From Takakia lepidozioides (taxonomy: Eukaryota > Plantae > Bryophyta): a DNA stretch of 64,000 nucleotides. Shown one piece after another: positions 26,700 to 39,000 of the stretch. The position numbers and the translations under genes were made by a program. The notes beneath the pieces are model-generated. The model had not been told where the DNA came from and searched no databases. It worked only from the letters and a program-made list of their open reading frames with translations. Every line of letters begins with the position of its first letter. Within the stretch, counting starts at the first letter, position 1. The DNA lies in contig CM060732.1 of NCBI GenBank assembly GCA_030704615.1, positions 72,602,001-72,666,000 on the forward strand. The letters run 5' to 3'.

Positions 26700-27650
26700 G
26701 CTGATAATCCAGGTCAAGCAATTGAGATCCATTGCTTGCCCCAACACTTGACGACGTGATGCCTCAGAAAGAGACGACACCGCCGTGGTACCAGTGGTAA
26801 AACCCATTGCCGCTCACGCTCGTCAGCATTAGGCTCCACTAACTGCTGCAACTGAGCATCCCAGGAGGCCAGGTCCACTATCCTGGAAAGCATGCGATCC
26901 TGGGAAGCGGAGCAGTGTAGGTAATGCTGCTCGTGGTTGACCCACCTTGTTGACCACTGCCAAAGGCGAACGGTCATCGTGTCTCACACGCTGAGACTGC
27001 CTCCCTGTGTCCAAAATGTTATCCACTGTGAGATGTGCTGGCCGCTGCACCCCATCAAATGCACGCTTGAGCAGTGCGGGTGGCATCAAGTTAGTCCACC
27101 ATAGCCGTGGACGATGAGCCCGTGACCCCACTGTAGCTGCATCTAGCAACACTGCTGACCCAAGCCACGACCGGACTTGATGCACACTGGCCATCACCCT
27201 GCCCGAGAATCGCCCATCAGTGGCACATTCTCCAAGATGTATGCTGGAGATACAGCTTGATGAAGCTGCAAGTGGCGCAAAACCCCCGCACCATCTCCCA
27301 AAAAGACCCGACCCTCGAGTCTCGCAATCCATTGCATGCCCGGCTGATGAATGCCCTTGGCAGGGCCAACCTGCCACTACCAGATCAATGGAGCCAACCC
27401 GCTCCAAATCCTGCGCCCCCAGCAACGAAATGTCTGCTGGCAAGGCCTGCTGATATCCACGAATTGCAGACACCGACAACAACTCAGGGTACCGCTGCAC
27501 CAACTGAGCAACATGGCGAAGTGAAACACGTCGTGCAGTCTCATCCCTCTCCACATACAGGTAACGCCAAACTCGTACACCTGCCTGTAACACAGCAGCC
27601 AATCCGGTGCTGATCCCGCCAAACAAGTCCAGAAGACAAATGCCTTCATC
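26700..27650 (-). CDS. C5 cytosine DNA methyltransferase domain (DNMT3-like, unpermuted) inside pol
   Basis: Motif I LLDLFGGISTG; motif II YLYVERD; motif IV DLVVAGWPCQGHSSAG; motif VI YILENVP (27222-27242, shifted frame); motif VIII RAHRPRLWWTN; motifs IX-X ERER..GFTTGTT and RRQVLGQAMD. Confidence 0.92.
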
Positions 27651-28049
27651 CGGATACTGCCACACAATAGGTGTGGTGTCCAATGGAGACAATGAGGTGG
27701 TCCTGTGCAATCCCCACACTCTCCTCCTCTCCTGACGGTACAAAAGCCTCCACCAGGCTTGTTGCACCCGTCGATCAGCATCCCGCTGCAAATCCTTGCT
27801 CGTGCCCCACAATGGAGTCTGAGCAACCATGGTAGGCAACTCCGCCATACCATACATGTCATCCTGCTCTCCCGGAGGTGGTACATCCTCTGAATGAGCA
27901 TTGCCCTCAAGCAACTCTCTAGGCCAACTCACTGCCGCTGTGAATGCTGCTAGTGTCGGCATCTTGCCTCGCTGGGCAACCGCAACTCCTCCTATGAACG
28001 TCACAGGGAGCTGCACACGCCGGCCTCCCCTGACTGCCATGCAGGCCTA

Positions 28050-28425
28050 TAGGAAGCTGACTCCTCCCAAAAATCCAGGGTGAAGCCCATGGGGTACAAC
28101 ACTGCCCCACCAACCAGGACATCGTATGAGACCGCGTCTGTCACAATGGCCTTGGCTCGCATCACTGAGCCATCTGTAGGGTGATCCGGCCGTAGTCTGA
28201 TAGCCAACTCACCCGTGTCATGCCCCGAGCCTGCTCCGATCCTCCAGAGACGTCTGTATCTGGAAAGGACAAGGCTCCATATCCCGCCTCCGTGAGGCCC
28301 AAGCCTGCAATAGCAGCTCTGCCCAGCATCAGTGGCTGAGCTCCCCAGTCCAACAAGACCGCAGTGGCCGGTACCTCTTGCCTGCCGGTCCACTCAAAAG
28401 AAAATGCATCCTGGTTGTCTAACAT
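28050..28425 (-). CDS. Aspartic protease of the DNMT element
   Basis: VLLDWGAQPLMLG (D-S/T-G position altered to DWG) and YDVLVGGAVL. Confidence 0.7.
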
Positions 28426-29033
28426 GACAACTCCATGTCACCATGGCGCGCTCAATGGCTGGCCTAGCTGGCAGCTCCATCAACCTGGCAGCTGCAGCTT
28501 GCCATGGCGCCGCCGTGGCAGTCTTGACCCTCAAATCCGAGGATCCCTCCGGCACTACACCTCCCACTATCTCCGCAGAAGATGAAGTAACCTCCCCACT
28601 CTCACAGAGTGTAGCTGCCAGCCTGAACACCTCAGCTGGTTTTACCCCCCGGCGTCGCAATCATGGTAGCCGAACAATGGAGCCTGGCACACAGATGTGG
28701 CCGCTCCTAGCAGCACACTAGCTGCCGTAGCCTTGGCAACACTAGGTAGTGGTGCTACCCATGTAGCTCTCCCCAATGGCATAGTAACCTCCGCCTCGGT
28801 AATTCGGGTGAACTAGGTGCCATGGATGGCGTCGACACTGTCTCCGCCAATGTGAATGACTGAGGAAGCCTAGCCTGACGGCTTGCCTCCCCACGCTGTG
28901 ATCCAACTCCACCTCTGCACCTCGTGGCTCAGGAATTCGTGCTGCTCCTCGAGTCACGGCTGCAGCAGACTCCACCTGCACTAGTGGTAGTGCTGCTCCA
29001 CACATGAATCCCATGCCTCCCATATCTCCTCTC

Positions 29034-30400
29034 TCAGGAGCAGAGAGGACCATCCGGCCTTAGAGCCGGTACCACCTGAGCTGTAGCCATGGCAGCGAGC
29101 CTCTGCTCTAGCTGCTGAAGCCGGTTGGCCATGCCTTGGTCAACACCCTGACCTCCGCGTCCTTGGCCATGTTGAGCTTGCCTGGCCTGCACCTCGTGGC
29201 TGGCCACCTCGTCCTCTCTGGGCTGCTCCACCTTGCCCCCGGCCACCATTGTTCCCTTGAACTGGCCTGGGCGCAACTCAGGATGCAAACTATAACACTG
29301 GGCCTCTCCATGCCCGTGCTTGCCACAATGCCCACACTGCAACTGTGCAGGCTGTGCATGTGCCGGCCCTTTGCCTCCCTCTGGGCAATCCTTCTTGACA
29401 TGGGGTCCTCCACATGTCCAGCACACCACATCCGCCCGTTGTTGGCCAGCAAATGAAGGGAGAGACCCCTGCATCTGAGGTCCTCTCTGCCCTTCCCTGA
29501 GCTTCACCTGAGCCCCCTTGTTGCCTTGAGCACGTTGAGGTAGTGGTTGGCACCACTACCCCGTGGTGTCTCCTTAGCAAATCCCACCATGACCACTCGT
29601 TCCTCCACCATGTTGAGCTCTATCCGCTCTGCCAGCAAAACACATTTGCTTTGCTAAGTGGGTTGGGCCGCTTGTAGGAGAGTTGCATCCCGCACCCTTC
29701 TCCCTCAGCTCCTTGTCCAATATCCCATACCAGAATTGGACTGCCTGAGCTTCCGTAACCCTTGTGTTACATTTATCAAGCGCCTCATGCGAGTGAAAGC
29801 CTCCCTCAAGCTCTCGGTCGGCTTCCGTTGGAACTTGCAAGCTCCGCAACTTCTCTGTCCTCACCCCTTGGTAGTTTCCTCTCAACTTTTTCGAAGAACT
29901 CCACAACAGGGTTGAAGGCAGGCACGGGTACTAGTGCTGGTGCGGTAGTGGCTTGGGTGGACGTCGTAGCTACTGTACCACCAGTCCCACTAGTCCCACT
30001 GCTGCTTACTGAAGCTGCCGGTGCAGCGGCAGGTGTAGCCACTGCCCTCGTGGCTCTAGTGCCCCTAGTGATGGAGACATAGTCAGGGTGACCAGTACAT
30101 CCTCCACTCCTCGATCTCAACCTCATGCCCCCGCCTGAACTCATGGTAATCATCCATAGGCGCCCCTCAAGGTGCTGAAACAGCCCCTTCCATGCCATGA
30201 AAGGCGTAAATAGTTGTGGATTGTGCATTTGCTGCAAATCACACCAACTATCAAACTCTTGGATAAAAATCATCCAACTCGATGGTGCCCACCGCCCCAG
30301 AGTACCTTCATGGCCCCTTGGTAGCTCCATACATCTCCTCCATTGTGTCCCACAACAATGGCAAAGAAAACTTGCACCCGCCGGTATGAGTCCTCCTGAT
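29034..30400 (-). CDS. Gag with two CCHC zinc knuckles, frameshifted; start not resolved
   Basis: CWTCGGPHVKKDC and CGHCGKHGHGEAQC; capsid-like FIQEFDSWC and AVQFWYGILDKELRE. Confidence 0.8.
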
Positions 30401-31214
30401 TCACAATCCGAATCAGAACCTTCCGTAGAAACACAGGAGGTGAAGGTGGCCTAAACCGCACACCTCGTCTCGTGTACCCACTAGTATCGCTAGTGCTCGA
30501 ACGGCACTTCCCCAGCAACTAGTGGCACCTCCGTGTTGACACTCAACCGGTCATGAACATGTCCCTAACCCCTCTCCACAAGGTAACCGGGTAGAGAACT
30601 TGTTGCGGCTTATGGTTTGGAATACTAAGTTCCTAACATAGCCTATACCTGTACCTCCATCCACCGCAAGCACTCCTATGGTTGGCTGGTCATCACCTCC
30701 AACCTCACCACAGGAGAAACAATGATGGTCTGGCTGGTCATCACCCCAGCCTCACCATCGACAGCATGCTCTAGGACTGGCCGGTGATCAAATCCGGACC
30801 AATCACCTATAAAACAAGCGCCCACACAAAACTAGCATGGCGCACAGTCAGCATGCAGGTATGGAGGGGATCCAAACACAAGAAATCAGAACGACAACCT
30901 CCCCCACCCAAAAACAACTCCACGGTGTTGCTCCTGCAAGAACACCCTAGCCCCAAACCCGGACTGACTCTTGCCTCCACCTACGGAAAGGTCTTGGCCT
31001 AATGAGAGGGTGGAAACTACGAGGAAGAGAAGCTAAAGCAATGCCTAACCCCAACATGCCCTCATCCCAACACTCTTCCTCTCCTCTCTTCCTTCACTTG
31101 CATGACCATGGGAATATCATGAAGATACTCCTCAAACCCCCTCCACGAGCTTCAAAATTCGGCCTTCAAGACCACATACCAATCCTTAGGCAATCCACCA
31201 TGCCTCCACGAGTC

Positions 31215-31835
31215 AGCACAGGCCGTCCACAGGTCAACACGGGCCACCACAGACCAGCACAGGCCCACACAGCCCCAAAGGCCACAGCCTATCACAGCCC
31301 CCTCACAGCCCCATAGGCCACAGGGCACAGCCTGTCACAGCCCGACACAGGTCACAGGGGTCACAGCCCCAAAGGCCACAGCCCCTCACAGCTCGTCACA
31401 GCCCCACAGGCCACAGGCACAGCCTGTCACAGCCCGCCACAGCCCATCACAGCCCATCACAGCTCGCCATAGCCCGTCACAGCCCGTCACAGCCCGTCAC
31501 AGCCCCACAGGCCACAGGGCACAGCCTGTCACAGCCCCTCACAGCCCGTCACAGCCCCACAGGCCACTGGGCACAGCCCGTCACAGCCCCACAGGCCATA
31601 GGGCACAGCCTGTCACAGCTCGCCACAGCCTGTCACAGCTTGTCACATCCCATCATAGCCCCACAGGCCACAGGGCACAGCCTGTCACAGCCCCACAGGC
31701 CACAGGGCATAGCCTGTCAAGCCCCTCACAGCCCGTCACAGCCCCACAAGCCACAGGGCACAGCCTGTCACAGCCCGCCACAGCCCATCACAGCCCATCA
31801 CAGCCTATCACAGCTCGCCACAGCCTGTCACAGCC
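31215..31835. repeat. CACAGCC-based minisatellite in the long 5' leader of the DNMT element
   Basis: Dozens of cacagcc / cacaggcc / gtcacagcc units in tandem. Confidence 0.95.
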
Positions 31836-32706
31836 CCTTTGCTTTCTTTCTTGCACCCACCAACCTGAAAATACACGCTTTAGCGGGCTGGAAGCATGCT
31901 CCACACATGCCCTACAGGGAAACCAGCCCATTCCTTCCTTTCTTGCTTGCCCTCCAAGCTTGAAGATGGAAGCTTCAATGAGCTGAATACATGCTCCACA
32001 CATGCAACCTCTTCACACAAGAGGTATCAGCCCCCTATCTTGGCTCGTTAGCTCCTTGATGCTCTCTAAGACAAGACTAAGCACTCCACAGCCCTTGCCA
32101 AGCTCCTGAAACCCTAAGGCTTACATTTCCAGCCACAAGACACTCCTCTTGTGGTGCAAGAGCTCTTCTTCCAAGCTCTGAAACCCTAGGTGCACATTCC
32201 ATGGCCTTGCCGCACCTCTTAGCTCCTGTTCCAACCCTGCTCTTGCCATGACAAGAGCCCTCTCAATGTTGAAGCTCGAGATTGAAACCCAATCTCAACA
32301 TACTCCACAAAGTGCACTGATTTTCCCCAAGCCAAATCAGCCCTTTCGCTTGGTCTTGCAATCCTTCACACAATGAAAGCTTGCATTCCCAAGTCCAGTT
32401 CTCAGCTTTGTCACCAAAGCCACTATAACCTGCTTTTGACTGGTCCTCTTCCCAATCGTGCTTGCTCATGCATGTACATAATTTGAAACCATCAAGGTGC
32501 TCTGGAATTACCTGCAACATGCTGCTTTCATCTCTGAAGCTGAAGATCAAATGCCAAGATCTACCACCTCGTAACCCACATCGCCTCCGCTTCTAACAAC
32601 CAAGAGCTCCACGGTGCTCCTTGCATAACAACCTGGTTTCTCTCATTCTCAAGCAAAAACCACAAGTGCTACAACTAACTCGTATTTGGCACTCACAGAT
32701 ACGAGT

Positions 32707-32721
32707 TCATCTTTCTCGAGT
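32707..32721 (-). promoter_or_regulatory. Candidate self-priming primer-binding site of the DNMT element
   Basis: tcatctttctcgagt (32707-32721) is the exact reverse complement of actcgagaaagatga (32859-32873) inside the adjacent terminal repeat; no tRNA-type TGG PBS is seen. Confidence 0.75.
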
Positions 32722-33617
32722 GATAAAGAAGAAGAATACAAACACGAGCTCACAAATCTGAAGCATAAACTCATGCATATATAACCTCATCACTCAAATA
32801 CAAATCAAGCCGTGGGGAATCCACACTACGGCGCCATAGCTAGGCGCGGTGAGGCTCAACTCGAGAAAGATGAGTCTCCCGCGCTTGCCGTGAAGATAAC
32901 AACTCCAGGGCCTAAATCTGCCTTGACCCTTGGATTGACACTTGGGCCAATCCCAAATGTCAATATGTAAAAGCTAGCTATTTCCTAGCTAGTTTCACAC
33001 TAGTGGTAAAATAACTTGACATCAACTTCGGTCCGAGATGTACAATATTTTTTGGGATTTGCAAATTTCTATAGAATCTTCATCAATGATTACTCCAAAA
33101 TTGTTGCACCATTGACACGATTCACATGGAATGACAAATTTGTATGGGACGAGAAGACTGATCAGACATTTGAAAGGCTGAAGCAGACATTTACAACGGC
33201 TCCAATTCTGATACATGGAGACCCATCTAAACCATTCTTTTTGGAAGCAGATGCATCGGACTTTACACTTGGCGCTATACTTTCTCAATACGGTACGGAT
33301 AGCCGACTTCACCTTGTTGGTTTTCGTTCTCGCAAATTTTCCGCTGTAGAGATCGATTATGAAATCCATGACAAAGAACTTCTAGCGATCATCGATGCTT
33401 TTGAGGAGTGGCGTCATCTATTGGAGGGAGTTAAACATCAGGTCACTGTCTACACCGATCACAAAAACCTCAAATATTTTATGAGTGCTCATGTTTTGAA
33501 TTGACGTCAAGCAAGATGAGGTATGTCATTAGCAAGGTTTGATTTTGTTATAACCTATCGCCCCGGACATCTTCAAGGGAAACCCGATGCTCTTTCTTGA
33601 CGATCATATCTTGCGCA

Positions 33618-34294
33618 TGTCAAAGACGAGGACATGACTGAACACAAACAAGATATCAGACTTAGAGGTACAAAACTAGACACGAAATCAAGGTCGGCGT
33701 GGCCGAATGCATGATGGATAAAGAAGAATCAAGATGATTTTTATAACAATGAACAAGAGTACAAGATACTGGAATTCGACTTGAATACTAGAATGCTGGA
33801 AACTGGACTGGTGTACCAGAACCTGGAAACTGGACTAGAGTACTGGAAGCTGAACTGGGTACTGGGACTGGAAACAAAAGTAGCTTGAACTTGTGTTGGC
33901 GAGACTGAAGAGTGTCTAGTCTCGCCTCCTATATATACTGGATACTAGGAAGTTTCCTAAGAAGTTTTCCCAACCAAGGGAAGTCTCTTGAGAAGTTTCC
34001 CCTACCAAGGGAAGTCTCCTGAAAAACTTCTTTAACCGAAGGAAGTCTCCTGAGAAGCTTCCTCGACCAAGGGAAGTCTCTCGAGAAGCTTCCTCTACCA
34101 TGAACCTTCCTGAGTAGTTTCCTGAGTTACTCTCAGTAATTTGGTAGTTACTTCACGTAATTTAGTAACTCATGATAACTTATGGTAATTTATGGTAGAT
34201 CATGATAAACTACGGTAAATTGTGGTAACTTTTGGTAACTTGGTAACTTTTGGTATTTACTCCTGATAAATTCCTCTGGGCTATGTCTGTGACA
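33618..34294 (-). mobile_element. Solo LTR of the Tcn1-like family, inserted antisense in the host pol
   Basis: tgtcaaagac...gtgaca; reverse-complement homology to 42191-42818; flanks gcgca/gcgcc split host codons YLAPK. Confidence 0.9.
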
Positions 34295-35664
34295 GCGCCG
34301 AAAGAAGGGGTGACAGTTTTTGACCAACTAAATCGACCTTGAGACAACCCACATGTTACAAACGACTTCGAATTTAAAGACGATTTGCGTTATTTCAAGG
34401 GGCTTCTCTATGTACCTCCGGGACGTACACAACTCCGGATTCTCCAAACACGTCATGATTTTTCGGCTGGAGGACATTTTGGCTTCAATAAAACAATGGA
34501 ATTGGTATCTTGGGACTATTGGTGGCCGCTAATGTGGAAACTGGTGAAAGAATTTATAAAATTTTTCGACATGTGTGCTAGAGCGAAGGGACCAGGACAT
34601 CGACCTTACGGCCTTCTTCAACCATTACCCATTCCCAAGTGTCCATGGTTGTCCCTATCAATGGACTTTATTACAGACCTTCCAGTTTCGAACACCCATG
34701 ATTCAATCTTTGTTATCGTAGATCGTTTCACGAAGATGACACATTTTATTCCATGTAACAAGACGGTTACAGGTGAAGAGACGACAAAACTCTTTCTCAA
34801 CAATATTTACCGCATTCATGGACTCCCGGATGACATCGTATCTAATCCAGGACCACAATTCATATCAAATTTCAGGAGAGGATTATTTCAAAACACCAAG
34901 ATCAATATCTCAACAACCGATCATCCGCAGACTGATGGTCAAACCGAGCGCGTAAATCAGATGTTGGAGCAATATCTTCGCTGTACAATAAATTATCGAC
35001 ATGATAATTGGACGGACCTTTTGTTATTTGATGAGTTTGCCTACAACTGTCAAGGACGAGAACATGACTGAACACAAACAAGAGACCAGACTAGAGGTAC
35101 AAGACTAGACAAGAAGTCAAGGTCAGCGTGGCCGAATGCATGGTGGGTAAACATGAATCAAGATGATCTTTATAACAATGGACGAGAGTACAAGATACTG
35201 GAACTCGACTTGAATACCGGAAACTGCACTGGAATACCAGATACTGGAAACTGAACTAGAGTACTGGGACTGGGAACAAGAGTAGCTTGAACTTGTGTTG
35301 GCGAGACTGAAGAGTGTCCAGTCTCGCCTCCTATATATACTGGCTACTAAGAAGCTTACCCTATGGAGGTTTTTTGATGAAGAAGTTTCCTTAAGCAAAT
35401 GAGGTATTTTGATGGAGAAGTTTCCTCCAAATGAAGCTTCCTGAGCACTTTCCCAAGTTACTCTTGATAATTTGGTAAACTCCCGGCAACTTGGTAAGTA
35501 ATGATAAATCATGGTAGATCATGATAAATCACGGTAAATTATGGTAACTTCTGGTAAATGGTAACTTTTGGTATTTACTCCTGATAAGTTCATCTGGACT
35601 ATGTCCGTGACATCACCCCCTCCTCTAGCGCCGAGTTCCTTGAGGAGCGGTATCTTGGACTTGC

Positions 35665-36066
35665 TTAGAGTTGGAGAAAATCCAAAATCCGGCGAATGGT
35701 ACTTGCCAAGTATTCGGCTGTTCGTTCTTGACTCAAATGATTTATAGGTCCCTACAACCATCGATAGTGTCCAACACCTTGAACTTAGGACCACGCAGTG
35801 ATTTGAGCATTCTGATTTTCGAAGCTGCCTTCAAACATAATTTCGTTGCCCTCTGGGTCCAAAGCCTCAACTTCCAACAAAATTATCAGACTTCGAGTAG
35901 GCTCCACTTGCCGTCGTACGGGGTCCAGACGATGAAGTACGCGTCGCATTGGTGGCCCATCGTCTCGAGAGCATCGGCGTGATGTTGTAAGTCGTGAGAG
36001 TCGGAACGGCTGATCTGGTAGTAAGGTAAGCGACAACTCCAATGTATCTGGTTCTTGTGACTCCAT
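35665..36066 (-). pseudogene. Extra ~133-aa ORF between pol and PPT of the chromovirus (also at 41741-42134, +)
   Basis: MESQEPDTLELSL...EGNEIMFEGSFENQNAQITAWS(Q)VQGVGHYRWL(Q)GPINHLSQE...TIRRILDFLQL*; the two copies have stops at different Gln codons; TATATA about 40 nt upstream. Confidence 0.55.
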
Positions 36067-39000
36067 GCTGCCAATACAAGATGCAAGAGTGCTGGAAGTG
36101 TAGCTATATATACTGATGTGTGGTGCTCCTCCCTCCTTAGCATGTATCAGGTACATTGAATGTGGAGTCTTCACCTTGAAGCTAACCTGGCTGACATCAT
36201 CGTTGTGACGTCTTATTGACGTGTAGCTCGGAGCTTAGCTGGATATCGTCGATGAAATTCTTGGACTTTGTCAGATGCATTGGCGAGGTTGGATGAAGGT
36301 TTCCACGGTCGTTCTCTGATGTCGTAGCCTTTCCAATGTACGAAATACTCAAGACGTTTATACTTTGATTCGAGAGTCTAGGACTTCGTCGACTTCATAC
36401 TCAATTTCCTGATTGACTTCGATTGGTGGAGGTGGTACGAAGACTCTTCCTGGAATATTCGATGGATGATACAACTCCAATAATGAAATATGAAAGACTG
36501 GATGGATGCGCATACTTCGTGGGAGTTCAAGCCGAAAACTGACCAGATTTATTTGTCGAATAATTTTGAATGGTCCCAGATGTTGATAATCTAATTTCCT
36601 TGATGGTCGCGAGGTTTGTATGTCCCGTCGAAGAAGCCACACACGCTCCGACCTTGAACTGGGGTTGGAGTTGACGCCGTTGATTTGCATACTCCTTGTA
36701 TTATTTTTGAGTTTCTGCGAGGTGGAATGTAAGTTCCTTGTGAATCGTAGCAAGATGAGTAGCAAGGTTTTCTGCAGCAGAACTTCCAACAGTCTTCATG
36801 GGGAAATGGTTTGCTCGAGGATGATGACCATAATTGGAGAAAAATGGAGTTTGTTTGGTCGAAGAATGTATAGTGTTGTTGTAGGCAAACTCAGCCAATG
36901 ACAGAAGGTCCGTCCAATTATCTTGGTGATAATTTATCGTACAGCGAAGATACTGCTCCAAAATCTGGTTTACACGTTCGGTTTGACCATCAGTCTGTGG
37001 ATGATTAGCTGTAGAGAGGTTGATCTTAGTATCCAATATGTGAAATAATCCCCTCCAGAAATTTGATATGAACTGTGGTCCTCGATCAGATATGATGTCC
37101 TTCGGGAGTCCATGAATGCGGTAGATATTATTGAGGAAAAGTCTTGCAGTTTCCTCGCCGGTAACCGTCTTATTACATGGAATGAAATGTGTCATCTTCG
37201 TAAAACGATCTACAATAACAAGGATTTAATCGGTGGTCTTGGAAATTGGAAGGTCCGTAATAAAGTCCATAGACACGGACGACCATGGACCCTTGGGAAT
37301 GGGTAATGGTTGAAGAAGGCCGTAAGGTCGATGTCGTGGCCCCTTCGCTCTAACACATGTGTCGCAAGATTTTATAAATTCTTTCACGAATTTCTACATC
37401 TGTGGCCACCAATAGTCCCTGGATATCAATTCCATTGTTTTGTTGAAGCCGAAATGTCCTGCAGCCGGAAGATTATGACATGTTTGAAGAATTCGTAGTC
37501 GTGTAGGTCCTGGAGGTACATAGAGAAGTCTCTTGAAATAAAATAAGCCATCTTTGAATTCGAAGTCGTTTGTAACATGTGGGTTGTCTCGAGGTTGATT
37601 TAGTTGACTTCATAGTGTCGTAGCAAATTGGTTGCTCTTCAGTGCTTCCTGAATCTCCTGTATGATCTCTGCATCGTCATAGGTGGATATGGATAACCTA
37701 TTCAATTGGAGATTTGCTGGTTTCAAGATGATAGATTTCTGTTGGTCGAAAGCTGTCTCATTTTTTTTCGGCGCAAGATACGATCGTCGAAAAAGAGCAT
37801 CGGGTTGATGTCCGGGGCGATAGGTAATAACAAAATCAAACCTTGCTAGTGACATACCCCATCTGACTTGCCGTCGATTCAAAACACGAACACTCATAAA
37901 ATATTCGAGGTTTTTGTGATCGGTGTAGATAGTGACCTGATGTTTAGCTCCCTCCAGTAGATGACGCCACTCCTCAAAAACATCGATGATCGCGAGAAGT
38001 TCTTTGTCATGGATTTCATAATTGATCTCTGCAGCGGAAAATTTGCAAGAACGAAAATCAACAGGGTGAAGTCGGCCATCCGTACCGTATTGAGAGAGTA
38101 TAGCGCCAAGTGCAAAGTCCGATGCATCTGCTTCCAAAAAGAATGGTTTGGATGGGTCTGCATGTACCAGTATTGGAGTCGTTGTAAATGTCTGCTTCAG
38201 CCTTTCAAATGTCTGGTCAGCCTTCTCGTCCCATATAAATTTGTCCTTTCATGTGAGTCTGTCAATGGTGCAACAATTTTGGATTAGTCATTGATGAAGA
38301 TTCTATAGAAATTTGCAAAGCCCAGAAAACATTGTATATCTCGGACCGAAGTTGGTTTAATCCACTTGATGATGGTTTGTATTTTCTTCTGATCCATAAA
38401 GATGCCTTTGTCGAGAAGCCCAGAAATCAGCGGCAACGGATAACGATTCTTGATTGTGACTTTGTTGAGACCACGATAGTCGACACACATGCGTAATGAT
38501 CCGTCCTTCTTTTTCACAAAGAAGATAGGCGGCCCTGCAGGTGATTTTGAATGTCGGATGAAGTGCTTCGACAAATTTTCATCAATGTATTCACATAATG
38601 CAGCTAACTCCGTCTGGGATAAGTTATAGATTGGGCCGAATGGTGGTTGGGCTCCTTCTTGTAACTCAATTGCACAGTCATAAGATCGATGTTCTGGCAA
38701 TATGTCTGCATTTTTCTTCTCGAAGACATCTTTGAAATCTTGATATTGAGCGGGTAATGTTGAAGTACATTTGTCTGTTATGGTCTTGATCGGAGTCGCA
38801 TAGAGTGCAAATGCCGCATCCTTTTTGGTAGCTGTCATGAAAGCTCTAGCTCTAAGGAACATGGGTTGAATACCTTTGATATTTCTACATTTTTGTCTTG
38901 AAGAATTTTTTCGCGATCGCCGGTCGATGTCGGGATTGTGAAGTACAAACCAGGGAAGTCCAAGGATCACAGGATTCGTTGGAGATTGGATGACGTTGAA

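Larger units (their letters stand above)
22547..33021 (-). mobile_element. Ty3/Gypsy-type LTR retrotransposon encoding a C5 DNA methyltransferase and a PHD finger, with split terminal repeats
   Basis: Interrupts the host pol at attaaa-TCAA|...|TCAA-cttcgg; termini tgtc...gaca; domain order gag-PR-DNMT-RT-RH-IN-PHD; repeat blocks 22547-22724 ~ 23043-23206 and 22724-23040 ~ 32721-33021. Confidence 0.93.

Noticed and set aside
26700-27650. Host DRM/DNMT3 gene or bacterial restriction-modification contamination
   Set aside because: Intronless, on the same strand and collinear between PR and RT within element boundaries; no UBA/PWWP domains and no neighbouring endonuclease.
31215-31835. CRISPR-like array, or the 107-aa ORF at 31640-31963 as a gene
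   Set aside because: Short degenerate tandem units with no unique spacers; the ORF is repeat translation.
22547-33021. Classification as a DIRS/Ngaro tyrosine-recombinase element because of split repeats and a methyltransferase
   Set aside because: It encodes a protease and an HHCC/DDE integrase, has TG..CA ends and a TSD, shows no recombinase motif, and its MTase is C5-type rather than the DAM-like type of DIRS.
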